A stretch of 51,214 nucleotides of DNA from Octopus bimaculoides (lineage: Eukaryota), in the NCBI RefSeq assembly GCF_001194135.2, contig NC_068987.1, positions 83,892,851-83,944,064 on the forward strand, in the 5' to 3' direction. Made by a program: the position numbers and the translations under genes. The stretch's first letter is position 1. Each line of letters opens with the position of its first letter. Shown here one piece after another: positions 23,733 through 36,042 of this stretch. The notes beneath the pieces are model-generated. The model did no database searches and was not told the origin of the DNA. It was given only the letters and a program-made list of their open reading frames with translations.

Positions 23733-25468
23733 ATAAATATATATATTAATTTACAAAAGTACTGTTAATTCTTTCCTTTGTGATATAGCACTTTGCCCAT
23801 ACCTTGAGTCTGTAGAACTGACAAACTGCAGCCAGCGGTGCATTAGCAGCAGCAGCAGTCACTGTAGAAGTGAAGATTATCCCTCTTTCGCCTTCCTATT
23901 ATATCTGCTGTTCATGTCTGCTGCTTCCTTTTACTCGCTTGATTGCCTTGTGGTGGTGGTAGAAAGTTGTCACATATCTTTACTTCCGAGTAAGCCTTGC
24001 GGTGTTTTGGAGATCTTATAGATTTGAATATGTTTGCGGGCACCAACTAAACATATGTTGCTGCGAGCAACCGCCACGCTCTCCAACTGCCCGCACTGTG
24101 CATTAAAAGAAAGAAAACGACAGACCAAGATCTGACGCTTGTATCAATGTCTTTCACTTCCACACTAATATTTCGTCACCCTATATTTTGCTACATAATT
24201 TTGTGTTTAATTGAAGAAGAAAATAACTGACCATTGTCGAAGAGGAAATGAACGCTGTAATAATTCGAATGATGCGTTATTTTACTCTGTGCAAAAACAT
24301 AGAACCTAAAGAAAGGCAAGCATATGGCTTTTTTATCACATTAATTAAAATACATGGTAACTAAAAGCACGCGCTACTAAGTTTACTTTACATTTGTATC
24401 CTAACTGTATGTAGTTCTACTCTAAATACACAAGCACACATGCATGCAGTGATATATATATATATATATATATANNNNNNNNNNNNNNNNNNNNNNNNNN
24501 NNNNNNNNNNNNNNNNNNNNNNNNNNNNNNNNNNNNNNNNNNNNNNNNNNNNNNNNNNNNNNNNNNNNNNNNNNNNNNNNNNNNNNNNNNNNNNNNNNNN
24601 NNNNNNNNNNNNNNNNNNNNNNNNNNNNNNNNNNNNNNNNNNNNNNNNNNNNNNNNNNNNNNNNNNNNNNNNNNNNNNNNNNNNNNNNNNNNNNNNNNNN
24701 NNNNNNNNNNNNNNNNNNNNNNNNNNNNNNNNNNNNNNNNNNNNNNNNNNNNNNNNNNNNNNNNNNNNNNNNNNNNNNNNNNNNNNNNNNNNNNNNNNNN
24801 NNNNNNNNNNNNNNNNNNNNNNNNNNNNNNNNNNNNNNNNNNNNNNNNNNNNNNNNNNNNNNNNNNNNNNNNNNNNNNNNNNNNNNNNNNNNNNNNNNNN
24901 NNNNNNNNNNNNNNNNNNNNNNNNNNNNNNNNNNNNNNNNNNNNNNNNNNNNNNNNNNNNNNNNNNNNNNNNNNNNNNNNNNNNNNNNNNNNNNNNNNNN
25001 NNNNNNNNNNNNNNNNNNNNNNNNNNNNNNNNNNNNNNNNNNNNNNNNNNNNNNNNNNNNNNNNNNNNNNNNNNNNNNNNNNNNNNNNNNNNNNNNNNNN
25101 NNNNNNNNNNNNNNNNNNNNNNNNNNNNNNNNNNNNNNNNNNNNNNNNNNNNNNNNNNNNNNNNNNNNNNNNNNNNNNNNNNNNNNNNNNNNNNNNNNNN
25201 NNNNNNNNNNNNNNNNNNNNNNNNNNNNNNNNNNNNNNNNNNNNNNNNNNNNNNNNNNNNNNNNNNNNNNNNNNNNNNNNNNNNNNNNNNNNNNNNNNNN
25301 NNNNNNNNNNNNNNNNNNNNNNNNNNNNNNNNNNNNNNNNNNNNNNNNNNNNNNNNNNNNNNNNNNNNNNNNNNNNNNNNNNNNNNNNNNNNNNNNNNNN
25401 NNNNNNNNNNNNNNNNNNNNNNNNNNNNNNNNNNNNNNNNNNNNNNNNNNNNNNNNNNNNNNNNNNNN

Positions 25469-25900
25469 CTACTTCATCAGCTACCCCCGTTTTAACACCG
25501 GCGTTTCGAAGAGCTGGGCAGGACACATCGTTAAAACAGCTCTTCCCATGGACCGCAAATTAAATTTTTATACACAAATTAAATCTTGCCATGGAGGAAT
25601 GTAGTGGCGGACAAAAAACAAGACAGGAAAACAAACAGAAAAGGCTTTACGGCCAGACGAGAAAAATTATGTGTGTATGAACGCTGTGAGGCACGAACTT
25701 GAAAGAGACGAAGTAGTTTGCGTGTTTGCTCGGCGATAGCCAAGGAAGAAAAGGATAATTGACCGGAAGCATGTGACCATGCCGGTGTAAGGATATCAAA
25801 TAAGAATATGGACAGTATATAATATCGACAGACATCAGCGGTGAACAGTCCAATGTGTCTATTCAAATGTATTGGGTGAATACACACACATCATGTATGA
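25469..25900 (-). mobile_element. Unclassified repeat with hammerhead core motifs, truncated by an N-gap
   Basis: Minus strand GAAAC-GCCGGU-GUU...CUGAUGA at 25507-25474, and two 8-9 bp stems in 25489-25545. Confidence 0.45.
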
Positions 25901-27000
25901 GTGGTACAGACTAGCGAGTGAGAAAAGCTGGTAACTGCATAAACAACGGTATGAATACATATAAGTATAGAGAAAAAAATGAGCAATTGAGCAAATGAGT
26001 AAATTGGCAACAACCTGTATGGGTATGCAGGTAAATATATATTCTTTTATTTGTTTCAGTCATTTGTAAGCCTAGTATTTATTCTATCCTCTAATTACCT
26101 ATGTATCTGTGTGTGTAGGGGGTGTCAATAACCTTGCAAGCCTTCATATTCTCTGATGTCCACAAACAGTCTCAGAACCGTTCTATGTAATGGATGTTGA
26201 TGGAAGTGTATTGAGATTGGTAGTGTAGGGCATGAAGCCTAGTTGTGAAACATTTAGCAACAGGCATGTGAAGATTTCATCTGCTGGGAAACCCATCGTC
26301 TTGTGATGGGTGGGAGATGTTCGTAACCGAAAAAGATTCCCCACCTCAAAAGAAAAAAAAAAACTGGAGTGGGTGGGGAAGAGGAAAAATACAAAGTGTA
26401 CAACTACTAAATTCTATAAGAAAACAACCGAAAACTTTGAGCTGACCCCCAATTCTTTAGAATAAGGCCAACAAAGACTTTTATGGATTTAAAGTTGACT
26501 CAGTCCTAAATAAACAGTGTAACTCGAGTGAGACGAATATTTCATTGATGTCTTAAACCAAATAATGTCGGAATACAGAAAAATTTGATATGACAAACTT
26601 TTAAAAATATAGTAGAATATTACGATATATTGAAGCAGACTGAAATATTGCTCCTGTGAAAATTATTGATGGGGAACTCATGGGTACAAACACTGCAGAG
26701 ATAAAACTGGCAAGTAGATAAACGGGCAATGACGAGAACGACTACTCCAAGCTGGCCTAACCAGGAGTTTTTCAAACGTTGTCTGTGTAGATAACCCAGA
26801 TGCATTAACACACAGTTTGTCCGTGATGGGAAATATGTTATCAAGGGCGAGAGAATCTCTTTTCAGACGAATTTGAAGATCCTGTATATTTATCTTTTCA
26901 CTTAGACATCTTTAATTTTTTCTTTTCTTTTTTCATACTAAATAAGACCCTTAGTTTTTTTAAAAATTTTTGTGCTCTTTTTTCTTCTTTCTTATCTTTT

Positions 27001-27304
27001 TCGTCGCCCTTTCAAAGCCTAGCCAGGCTCATGGGCCCGTTTTCCAGGTTTCTGTGACGTATGTGTTCCCCGCAGCTGGACGGGACGCCAGTACATCGCA
27101 GCGTTATTCACGAAACAGGAAGAAAGAGAGAGAAAGTTGGGGCGGAAGAGTACGAAAGGGGTTGCCGCCACCCACTGCCGGAGACTCGTGGAGGTTTAGG
27201 TATTTTCACTCAATAAACACACACAAAGCCCGGTCTGGGAATCGAAACCGCGATCCTCCGACCGCGAGTCCGCTGCCCTAACCACTGGGCCATTGCACCT
27301 CCAC
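27001..27304 (-). mobile_element. SINE family C, full length
   Basis: Minus strand gcaatggcccagtggttagggcagcggactcgcggtc...ggtttcgattcc; matches 4251-4543. Confidence 0.85.
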
Positions 27305-27814
27305 CTTTCTTACCTTTACTTTTCGCAAAATATATTCTTCATCGGCTGCTTTTTATAGATTTTTATTTACTATATTTACTTATCCTTAAACATTTTTTTT
27401 AAAGTGCTACCATTGTATGGAGGACCCTGCTTCACCTATTTCGTTTATATTTGAACTTGTTTGTCCTAATCGACACGATTTATAAATTTCCTTATCGATT
27501 CATATTTCATGTGCATGAATGAACTAAATGGAATTGCCCTCAATAACAAAATAAAATATTATTTTAATCATTCTTATAATATTTCTCATATTATTTTGCA
27601 ACTTTTGAATTGAGAATTGTCTAAACGTGTAGCAGTACAGAGGGACTTAACAATTGTATCAACTACACACTTAAACAAGTCACTCTATTAGCCTCAAGCG
27701 TCGTAGTCTTCACTACACTTCTACCCGTCTTAATTTTCTTCTCTCTGATTCTTCTTTAAAATTTTCTTTCGTCATTATGATCGACAATGGTTTGACATTA
27801 ATGCATTTCCTTCA

Positions 27815-28186
27815 AAGGCAGCGAGCTGGCAGAAACGTTAGCACGCCTGACGATAGGCTTAGCGGTATTTCGTCTGTCGTTTCGTTCTGAGTTCAAATTC
27901 CGCCGAGGTCGACTTTGCGTTTCATCCTTTCGGAGGATGATAAATTAAGTACCAGTTGCGTACTGGAGTCGATCTAATCGCCTGTCCCCCTCCCCCAAGA
28001 TGTCGAGCCTTGTGCCTCGAGTAGAAAAGATTACACCGAATCAAAACGGTGGCAAGGTAGCAGAAACGTTAGCACGCTGGAGGAAATGCTTAGCAATATT
28101 AAGTACCAGTTGCGTACTGGGGTCCATCTAATCGTTTGGCCCCTTCCCCCAAAATTTCGAGCCTTGTGCCTAGTGTAGAAAAGATT
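27815..28186 (+). mobile_element. SINE A (27815-28032) plus an internally deleted copy (28049-28186)
   Basis: Direct family motifs, both with tail 2. Confidence 0.9.
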
Positions 28187-28199
28187 AATGCTTTTTCTT

Positions 28200-28560
28200 C
28201 TTAAATTTCCTCCTCCTCCTCCCTCCTCCGCTTCCTCTTCATCCCTCCCCTTCCTCCTTCTGCTTCTATTAACCATCATTGTAATCATCCTGTTCATCGT
28301 CATCATCATCAGCCATGCATCATCATCATGATCCATACATAATCATCTCCATCGCCATTGTTATTCTTAATATTTGCTCATAAATTCATCAACAACATCA
28401 TCCAAACCTCGTCATAATTATCGTCAGCGGCAGTAATATACATGTATCATCATCATCATCATCATCACCACCACCACCACCACCACCACCACCACAATCA
28501 TCATCATTTTATTCATCAGCAACAGCAGCAGCACCACCACCACCACAGCCATTAACATCG
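28200..28560. repeat. Mixed (CCT)/(CAT)/(CAC)/(CAG) trinucleotide tract
   Basis: Direct. Confidence 0.85.
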
Positions 28561-29478
28561 TTTTACCATTTCATAGTAAAATGTCTTTTTGAAATGGAAA
28601 CTATATTTAGCTTGGCCAATGTTTGCCAACACACAAAGGTTGTATTGACTAAATTTACTGCATTTTATTTGAGATGTGGCTTCTCTGTAAACAGGGATTG
28701 TACGAGCGTTTGTTTTCCCCAATATCTAATCTCTTAACCTCAATCCTTTTCAAAGTTAAAGGTCGCAATAAATACATGATTATAAAACGTGTTCAGGGAT
28801 ACAGATCGAGACAATCGCTAAGCTTATATGTCTGTTTATAAACGCATGTACGTACGTATCTCTCTATCGTATATCTCTGCTATACATACATACATATTCT
28901 GAAATGTGAATAGGGAAAAACCGTAGCGATGGTGTATTTTACACAGATCAATAATTGCAGTGTGCTTGAGTTTCTTTGTATCATTACGGTTCTCTATGGA
29001 GGTGAATGTCAAGGATCACTTATGATTAAATTGAATATTAAAATATAGTTTGGCAATACAGCTTCAAAATAATTGGACGAAGGAATTTTGTTTGGCATTG
29101 AAATGAAATAGAGAGAATAAAAATACTCCTAGCATGCGGAAAACAGTGACTTCATCATTTTTATCAGCAACAATACAAATAATAAACAATCGTTTTAAAG
29201 CTATGTGATTATTGGTTATGCATTTGGAAATTTCCTTAGTAATGTACAGACATGGTAAAAGATATTTTTTCTTTTTATTGTCCGAATACTCCACTTATTG
29301 TAGATATATGCAAATGACCTCGCTCCACGCCAGTAATGGACGGGCCAGTGGATGATTTTGCTTTGAACTGAAAAATATACTGGGTGGTTATGGCTGGAAG
29401 TCTTTGCCCTTTGAACCTTTTGGTGTCAATGAAATAGTGGTTGATAACTAGGATTTTTGATTCCCTGCCTATCCTTCC

Positions 29479-29519
<41 letters not shown>

Positions 29520-30433
29520 CGTCTCTTATTGGAATACATTACTCAGGAAGGTTGTGTGAAACCAGTTATGGCTCCATTTCTACCTAGTACTGAACAAAAG
29601 ACTCTACACTGTGGCTAGGGCTAGACCTGTGAGAAACAGTAACGTACCATCTTTTTAAAAAAAGCGGAAGGGTTTTTGTGTAAAATAGTTGTGGATATAA
29701 TTCAGAAAACAATGGTTAAGTTTGAAACAACTTTCGTCATATGAAAGCTCAATGAAAGCTGATGTGAGTTGACACATCAACATTATGATCATTGTCTTTA
29801 TCAAGAACAGTAACAATAATATTAATGAATGAACCGGAATTTGAAGGAAATATTCATGATATAAAAGGCAGCGAATTCGTAGTCTCTGGAGATATCGGAT
29901 TGAATAACTAGCAGTATTTGTTCGGACAGTCTACTATTCATGTGCACAAATCCCAAACAAGAGAACTTGACATTTCATCCTTTCTGAGGACAATAAACAA
30001 TATAGTATCACTAAATGGTAAACTGGGAGAACTTGCAGAGTGTTGGACGAGAATCCTTGATGTTTCTGTTCTGTATCTTTGAGTCCTGAGCTCAAATTCA
30101 AATGAAACACCTGCTATATATCAGAATGGACAGGTAGACCAAAGACAAGCACTCATAACCATACTATAACCTGACAATTGCTTACTGAGGTTTTATCCTG
30201 CAGTGGATCGATAACGTTTGAATTGAGCAGAGTGATTGCCGGTAAATGGTAAGATTTCTAGTCGATAACATTACGTTTTCCCTCAATTTGAAGGCAACGT
30301 TATTTGCTCCCTTTTGCGAAGTTTTATTACCTTCACCTAAGCGAAGGGGGAGGTATTGTTTTCAGTCGTGTTTGTTTGTTTTCTTGTCTGTCCACCATGC
30401 GCTGAATTGCTTCACAGCTGTGTGTTTCTAGTG

Positions 30434-31030
30434 CATTCTGTATGTAAGTGGAACATCATTGAGACAAGTGGAGACATTTAAATATCTCAGGGTTGTATTG
30501 ACGAGTGATGTGAAGCAGGCGGCTGAATTCGATGTTAGAATGGCAGATGTTGGCACAGCTGTAGCTTCCGATCCTCTCAGAAGAGGAGAAACTGGTAAAA
30601 CAAGTTCAGTTTTCGTGTATATGGTCATTGAAAGTTAGGTAATGATCGATAGAGTACAATCATGAATACAAGAGACTGACATGGAAATTCGTGCGGAGGA
30701 TCTGCGGAGTAACATTACTCGATGAGTAGCTCAGAGATCAGGGACTCTCTCCCTGAAGAGCCGTACTTCTCTTCACTGAGATGTTACAAGTCCGGTACTA
30801 TGGATATGTGATTGTAAAACGGATTCATCAAACCGAGTCAATCAGCAGAAAACTCAAGGTTAGTTCAACCATAAGATGGCTGGATATTATCCAATGTCTT
30901 TGTTGTTTTATCCTGGGACTCTAGGAAGAAAATGTAATGTCCGTTACTGTCAAATATGACGCCATGGAGGAGATGTTTGAAGAATCTACTCCAACGAATC
31001 GCCTAAGAATAACGAGTGGAAATCGATGGG
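30434..31030 (+). mobile_element. RTE-clade LINE 3' fragment (end of RT region), decayed
   Basis: LYVSGTSLRQVETFKYLRVVLTSD, YGH, FVRRICGVTLLD, SSEIRDSL, LLFTEMLQVRYYGYV and WRRCLKNLLQRIA* across frameshifts. Confidence 0.8.
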
Positions 31031-31109
31031 AGCTGTGTGACATTCCATCTTATACAACACGTGGATTAGTGTTTCCTTTGATGACGGGGCTGCTTTGCAT
31101 ACGCTCCCG

Positions 31110-31256
31110 TGACTTAGAGGTTTTGAAAAAATACCGATAGAATAAGTAACAATCTACAAATAAGTACTGGGATCAATTTGTCTGACTAAATCCTCCAAGG
31201 CATTGATCCAACATGGCCGCTGTCCAATGACTGAAAAACCTACAAAGTTAAAAGAT
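31110..31256 (+). mobile_element. SINE B-like 3' fragment
   Basis: accgatagaataagt...aacatggccgctgtccaatgactgaaa. Confidence 0.7.
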
Positions 31257-31379
31257 GTGAAACGATGTAGTTTTTATAACTAATATTCTTACACAATTTC
31301 AGCTTGTTTGGAATATTTTCATTTGGAAACTTGTGTCCGGAAAGAAAAAAGAAAATACGTTCTTTAATCATAGATCGGA

Positions 31380-32070
31380 TTGTTTGAGGATGATATGGAG
31401 TCAAAGAACAACGACAACAAGAACAAGAGGAATTACATCAGCGAAAATAACATCAATGACATCGACATTAAACGACAGAGACGAAACATGAAAGAAGCAC
31501 CTACCATCACCAACACCATCATCATCATCAATATTGCCTCCGCCAACGTCACCACCATCATCATCACTATCGCCACCACCACTACCACCATTACCATCGC
31601 CACCGCCAACACTGCCGTGGCTACCACTGCCATCGCCACCATCACAACCAACGCCGCTTATACCGTCGTTACCACGTCCACCACCATCATCATCATCAGC
31701 TAAAACCATGACAACAATAGCAATAACGTTAATAGGAAGAATAACATGAAGAAATATATATATATTTTCCACCAATAATTACCACAGAAAATAAGCAATC
31801 AATTTTCATTTATCAGATCAAGTGATATTTTTTTTGTTCGTTTGTTTTTTTTAGTTTCTTTTATTTTTAAATTTTGGTTTTTGCAATTTCAAATAGCTGA
31901 ACAAAAATAAGAATTCCCCCTTGAGTTATAAGTTCATCGGTAGCAACATCATCATTATAATCATCGTCGTCGTCGTCATCGTCATCATCATCATCATCAT
32001 CACCATAAACACTACCACTAGCAGGAACTCAAGCACCAGCGGCGGCGGCGGCAGCAGCATTACCACGTCC
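31380..32070. repeat. Degenerate (CAC/CAT/AAC)n trinucleotide region
   Basis: Direct; explains the Thr/Gly/Pro-rich ORFs in the track. Confidence 0.8.
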
Positions 32071-32295
32071 GACATTATTAATAATTGTGTTGCATGAAAT
32101 ATTAATAAAATTGATTTAATTTTGACAAATATTTGATTTGTGTTGTTGCTCATATTTTGGTTTGTTGTTGTTGTTGTTGCTCATGTTTTCGTTTGTTATT
32201 TCTGTTATTGCCACGGTCTTGTGATATTTTCTATTATTGTTACAGATGCTATTATCTTTTTTTTTCTGTCAATTTTACGATCGATCTTGTTTCTG

Positions 32296-32725
32296 TTGTT
32301 GCTAATTTTGATTTTCTTGTTAGCCACTATAAACTGCTGTTGCTAGCTTAAATTTTTTTTTGGCTAGCCACATTAAGCTGTTGTTGCTAATTTTGATTTT
32401 CTTCTTAGCCACAATAAGCTGATATCGTTAATCTTTCTTCGTAGCACCGCTAAGTTGCTGTCGCTAATTTTGGTTTTATAGTTAGCCACGCTAAACTGTT
32501 GAGTTGCTGTTGCCAGCGTTAATTTTTTGCTTTAGCTAGCCACATTAAGCTGCCACTGTTAATTTTGATTTTCGTGTTTGTCACGATAAACTGCTGTCAT
32601 TAATCTTTCTTCGTAGCACTGCTAAGTTGCTGTCGCTAATTTTGATTTTCTGGTTGGCCACGATAAGCTCTTGTCAATTTTGTTTGAAAGCACCACTAAG
32701 CTACCGTTGCTAGTTTTGATTTTCA
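32296..32725. repeat. ~36-49 bp minisatellite with higher-order periodicity
   Basis: About 11 monomers related to gctaattttgattttcttgttagccactataaactgctgtt. Confidence 0.85.
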
Positions 32726-33710
32726 CACTACACTTGCTCCAGATGTAGTTGCGAACGATGTTAACGCGACACTGTCTTTGCGAGTATGCTTATTACTACG
32801 GCTGTTATTGTTGCAATTCTTGCTGCTATTTTTACAACGTCAAGACAACGACTGCAATGACGACGATGATGATGAGTCGCAATGTTGTTGCTAATGTTTT
32901 TACACCTGTTCTAACAATGCTGTTACTGATTCAACTAGTTTGGGTGTGGCTCTCGTCACTTCTACTGCTGTTGTTATTGCTGTTACCGCTGTTGCTATCG
33001 CTAGTCTTTACAATTGTTGCTATTGCTGACGTTGCCGTTGCTTGTGATTTACAAGTCTACTTTTTTACCGCTTCCTGTCAGTGAACCGCGGCCATGCTGT
33101 TGTTACTATCTTATTGCAACCGCTGTTCTTGTTGTTGTTACTAATTGTGTTGCTATTATTGCTGTTGATTTTCTTGTCAATATTTATATTTTTATTTGCT
33201 TTGTTTACTTTTTCATGAAACGTCATATTTGTTCACAAAAACATCGCTATATTTATTTTTCCCTTGTTAACCATTTTCTCCCACGTCCTCTTCCCCCACC
33301 TCTCCTTCCTCCACCCTCTTACTCTCTCCCTCTCTATGCCATATCAGTTTCCATTATTTTATTAAAATATTAAGAAAGGAAGCGATAGAAGTAATACAAT
33401 TCTATTTGAAAAATGCCTGCCAGCATGTCTGAGAAGCTTAATAGAACAAAAAAATAAGGTCAGATATATAGTGTACGAATAATAACTAGTTATATTGAAG
33501 ATATTTATAGATTCTACGAATGAAATCGGCAGCTGACAAATGGCTTAGGAATACTTTCTACTGGAGTATGCAAGTTCGATCGTAGGTTGCACCAAATGTA
33601 TCGCTTTTTATAACACTGATACAATTAAGAAATGCCAAGTTAATTGTTTGTGTTTTGGCTACGTCTTTCTAGTAAATACGGGATGATTGCAAAGGCCTTT
33701 AGCAGTACTA

Positions 33711-34145
33711 TAATCTTCTCTACTCAAGGCACAAGGCACGAAATTTGGGGGGAGAGGGCTAGTCGATTAAATCGACCCCACTACGCAACTGGGACTTAAT
33801 TTATCGACCACAAAAGGATGAAAGGCACAGTCGACCTCGGCGGAATTTGAACTCAGAACGTAGCGGCAGACGAAATACTGCTAAACATTTCGCCCGGCGT
33901 GCTAACGTTTCTTATTTCTTTATTGCCCACAAGGAGCTAAACGTAGAGGGGACAAACAAGGACAAACAAAGGGATTAAGTCGATCACATCGACCCCAGTG
34001 CGTAACTGGTACTTAATTTATCGACCCCGAAAGGATGAAAGGCAAAGTCGACCTCGGCAGAATTTGAACTCAGAACGTAACGGCAGACGCAATACCGATA
34101 AGCATTTCGCCCACGTGCTAGCGATTCTGCCAGCTCGCCGCCTTA
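33711..34145 (-). mobile_element. SINE A dimer: full copy with tail 1 (34145-33913) fused to a headless copy with tail 2 (33912-33711)
   Basis: Minus-strand junction caataaagaaata|agaaacgttagcacgccgggcg. Confidence 0.9.
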
Positions 34146-35592
34146 ATAATATTATAACCTGCTAACAATCGAAGTCAGTTGAGCTTCAGAATGCACGTCT
34201 CCATTTCCTTCCTTCCCGCCTTCCTTTTTCTCACTACAGTCTTCACTCCTCTCCAGTGCATTCGTTAATCCTCCACCTCTGTCCGCTGTTGATTACTACA
34301 ACTCAGGGATTCCAGGACAACTATTCTACTTTCTTAATAAAAACGACAAAGCCAGTGAACTTGATGTGCTGAGTGGAAAATCCGGCATTTCAGACAGTCC
34401 TTTTAAAAAAAAAAAAAAAGTTTATTTCTCTCTTGTCAACTTGTCCACGAAGAAAGACTATTCTCGATTTTCCGCTCCCCACGGCAAGTTCAACGTACCA
34501 TTTTAGTCGATGTAGCAAATAATTCAATTCTTACTTAAACAGTCCCAAACCAGATTCTTTGGATTCACATTGACTTTATAATCTATTCTCTAACCGATCA
34601 TACAACCAGGAAGTTAAACTAGTTAGGCTGAAGAAATGGAAATGGTTTTCACAATATAGTTCCACTTTTAGGAAAATGATTATTTTCTCGTCTTTTCTCA
34701 ATAATATTTCCCAAAATATATAAAGCAATGTATTAAAAAATATTCACAGCAAAATGGCAAGAACAGTGTTAAAAAAATTCATGAATTTGATATACCATTT
34801 AAATGAGAAAGGGGCATCAGAACCACAATGTAGATCAATAAAATGTCTGATCGCTAGCTAATCGGATTACGAACAGATGAGGGTATTGGTTTGTATGCTA
34901 TCACGAGTACTATACATTTTCTGAAGAAACCTAAATCAAAACTACTTCCAAGAAAAGCAGGTAACTGTTGTAACGAATGAAAAAAGGGGCGATAATGGAG
35001 ATGCTTAAGTAAGTTACATGCTTGGAGTGCCAAGCAACCAAAAAACCTTCCTCTGGATGCTTCGTGATCTTCAGTTAGAGAATTTCTTCTTGCTTGAGAA
35101 ATGAAAGGAAAGCTAACAATGCGGTCTTGCATATAATTATTTTTATTTGGTTAAATATTCTCATTTTTTAAATGTATTCTTGCCCATTCTTTGTTTATTT
35201 CTCGAATTGCGTACACAAGAGAAACCAATAATCGCTGAACCAGCACGTAACTGATGGTTAGGACTGTATGTAGATGTCGATTCTTCAACACCTTTTCTTT
35301 CCTCCTATTTGGCATAGGTTGAAAATATACCAGTTTAAAGCTGTACTGTCTAATAAAGAAATCAATCGCTTTATAAAACATGTCACGTTGTGCGTGTTGC
35401 TGTTTTTGCGTATAGTGATTCAGTTATAATCGATCTTGCGTTTACAGCTAAGACGATGTATCGCCGATGGTGTCTAGTAGATTGAATCATGTCTGAAGTT
35501 GGCCGTAAGCTTTCCAAAGATAATGTTTAATTACATATTAATATTTGTGACGATGTCTTTCAACTGCATGCTTAATTAATATTAATTAATAG

Positions 35593-36042
35593 CAAAGCGG
35601 TGAGCTGGCAGAATCGTCAACAAACCGGGTAAAATTCTTAGTGGCATTTCATCAGTCTTTAGGTTCTGAATTCAAAATTCACTGAGGTCGACTTTGTTCT
35701 TCGTTCTCTCGAGATCGATAAAATAAGTACCAGTTGAGCACTGAGATCTATGTAATCACTTGCACTCTCTCCTAAATTACTGGCATTGTGCAAAAATGTT
35801 AAACCAATATTTATTTTTATTATTAAGGCAGCGAGCTGTCAGAATCTTTAACATACCGGATAAAATGCTTAGCGGCATTTCGTCCGTCTTTACGTTTTGA
35901 GTTCATATTCCACTGAGGTCGACTTTGTCCTTCATCCTTTCGGGGTCGATAAGATAAGTACCAGTTGAGCACTAAAGCCTATTTGATAAACTTATCCCTT
36001 CCCTGAAATTGCTAGCATTGTGTCAAAATGTGAAACCAATAT
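35593..36042 (+). mobile_element. Two tandem older SINE A copies (35593-35811, 35824-36042)
   Basis: Family motifs; both end gaaaccaatat-like. Confidence 0.85.

Noticed and set aside
32296-32725. CRISPR-like repeat/spacer reading
   Set aside because: Eukaryotic context, degenerate monomers, no unique spacers, no cas genes.
34858-34960. Open frame ending at donor CAG|GTAACT; also donor GAG|GTAAGT at 20489
   Set aside because: Acceptors lack pyrimidine tracts, and about one perfect donor is expected by chance in a window this size.
35151-35381. 76-aa minus-strand ORF (MFYKAIDFF...)
   Set aside because: No recognisable domain; similar-length ORFs occur elsewhere in this AT-rich window.
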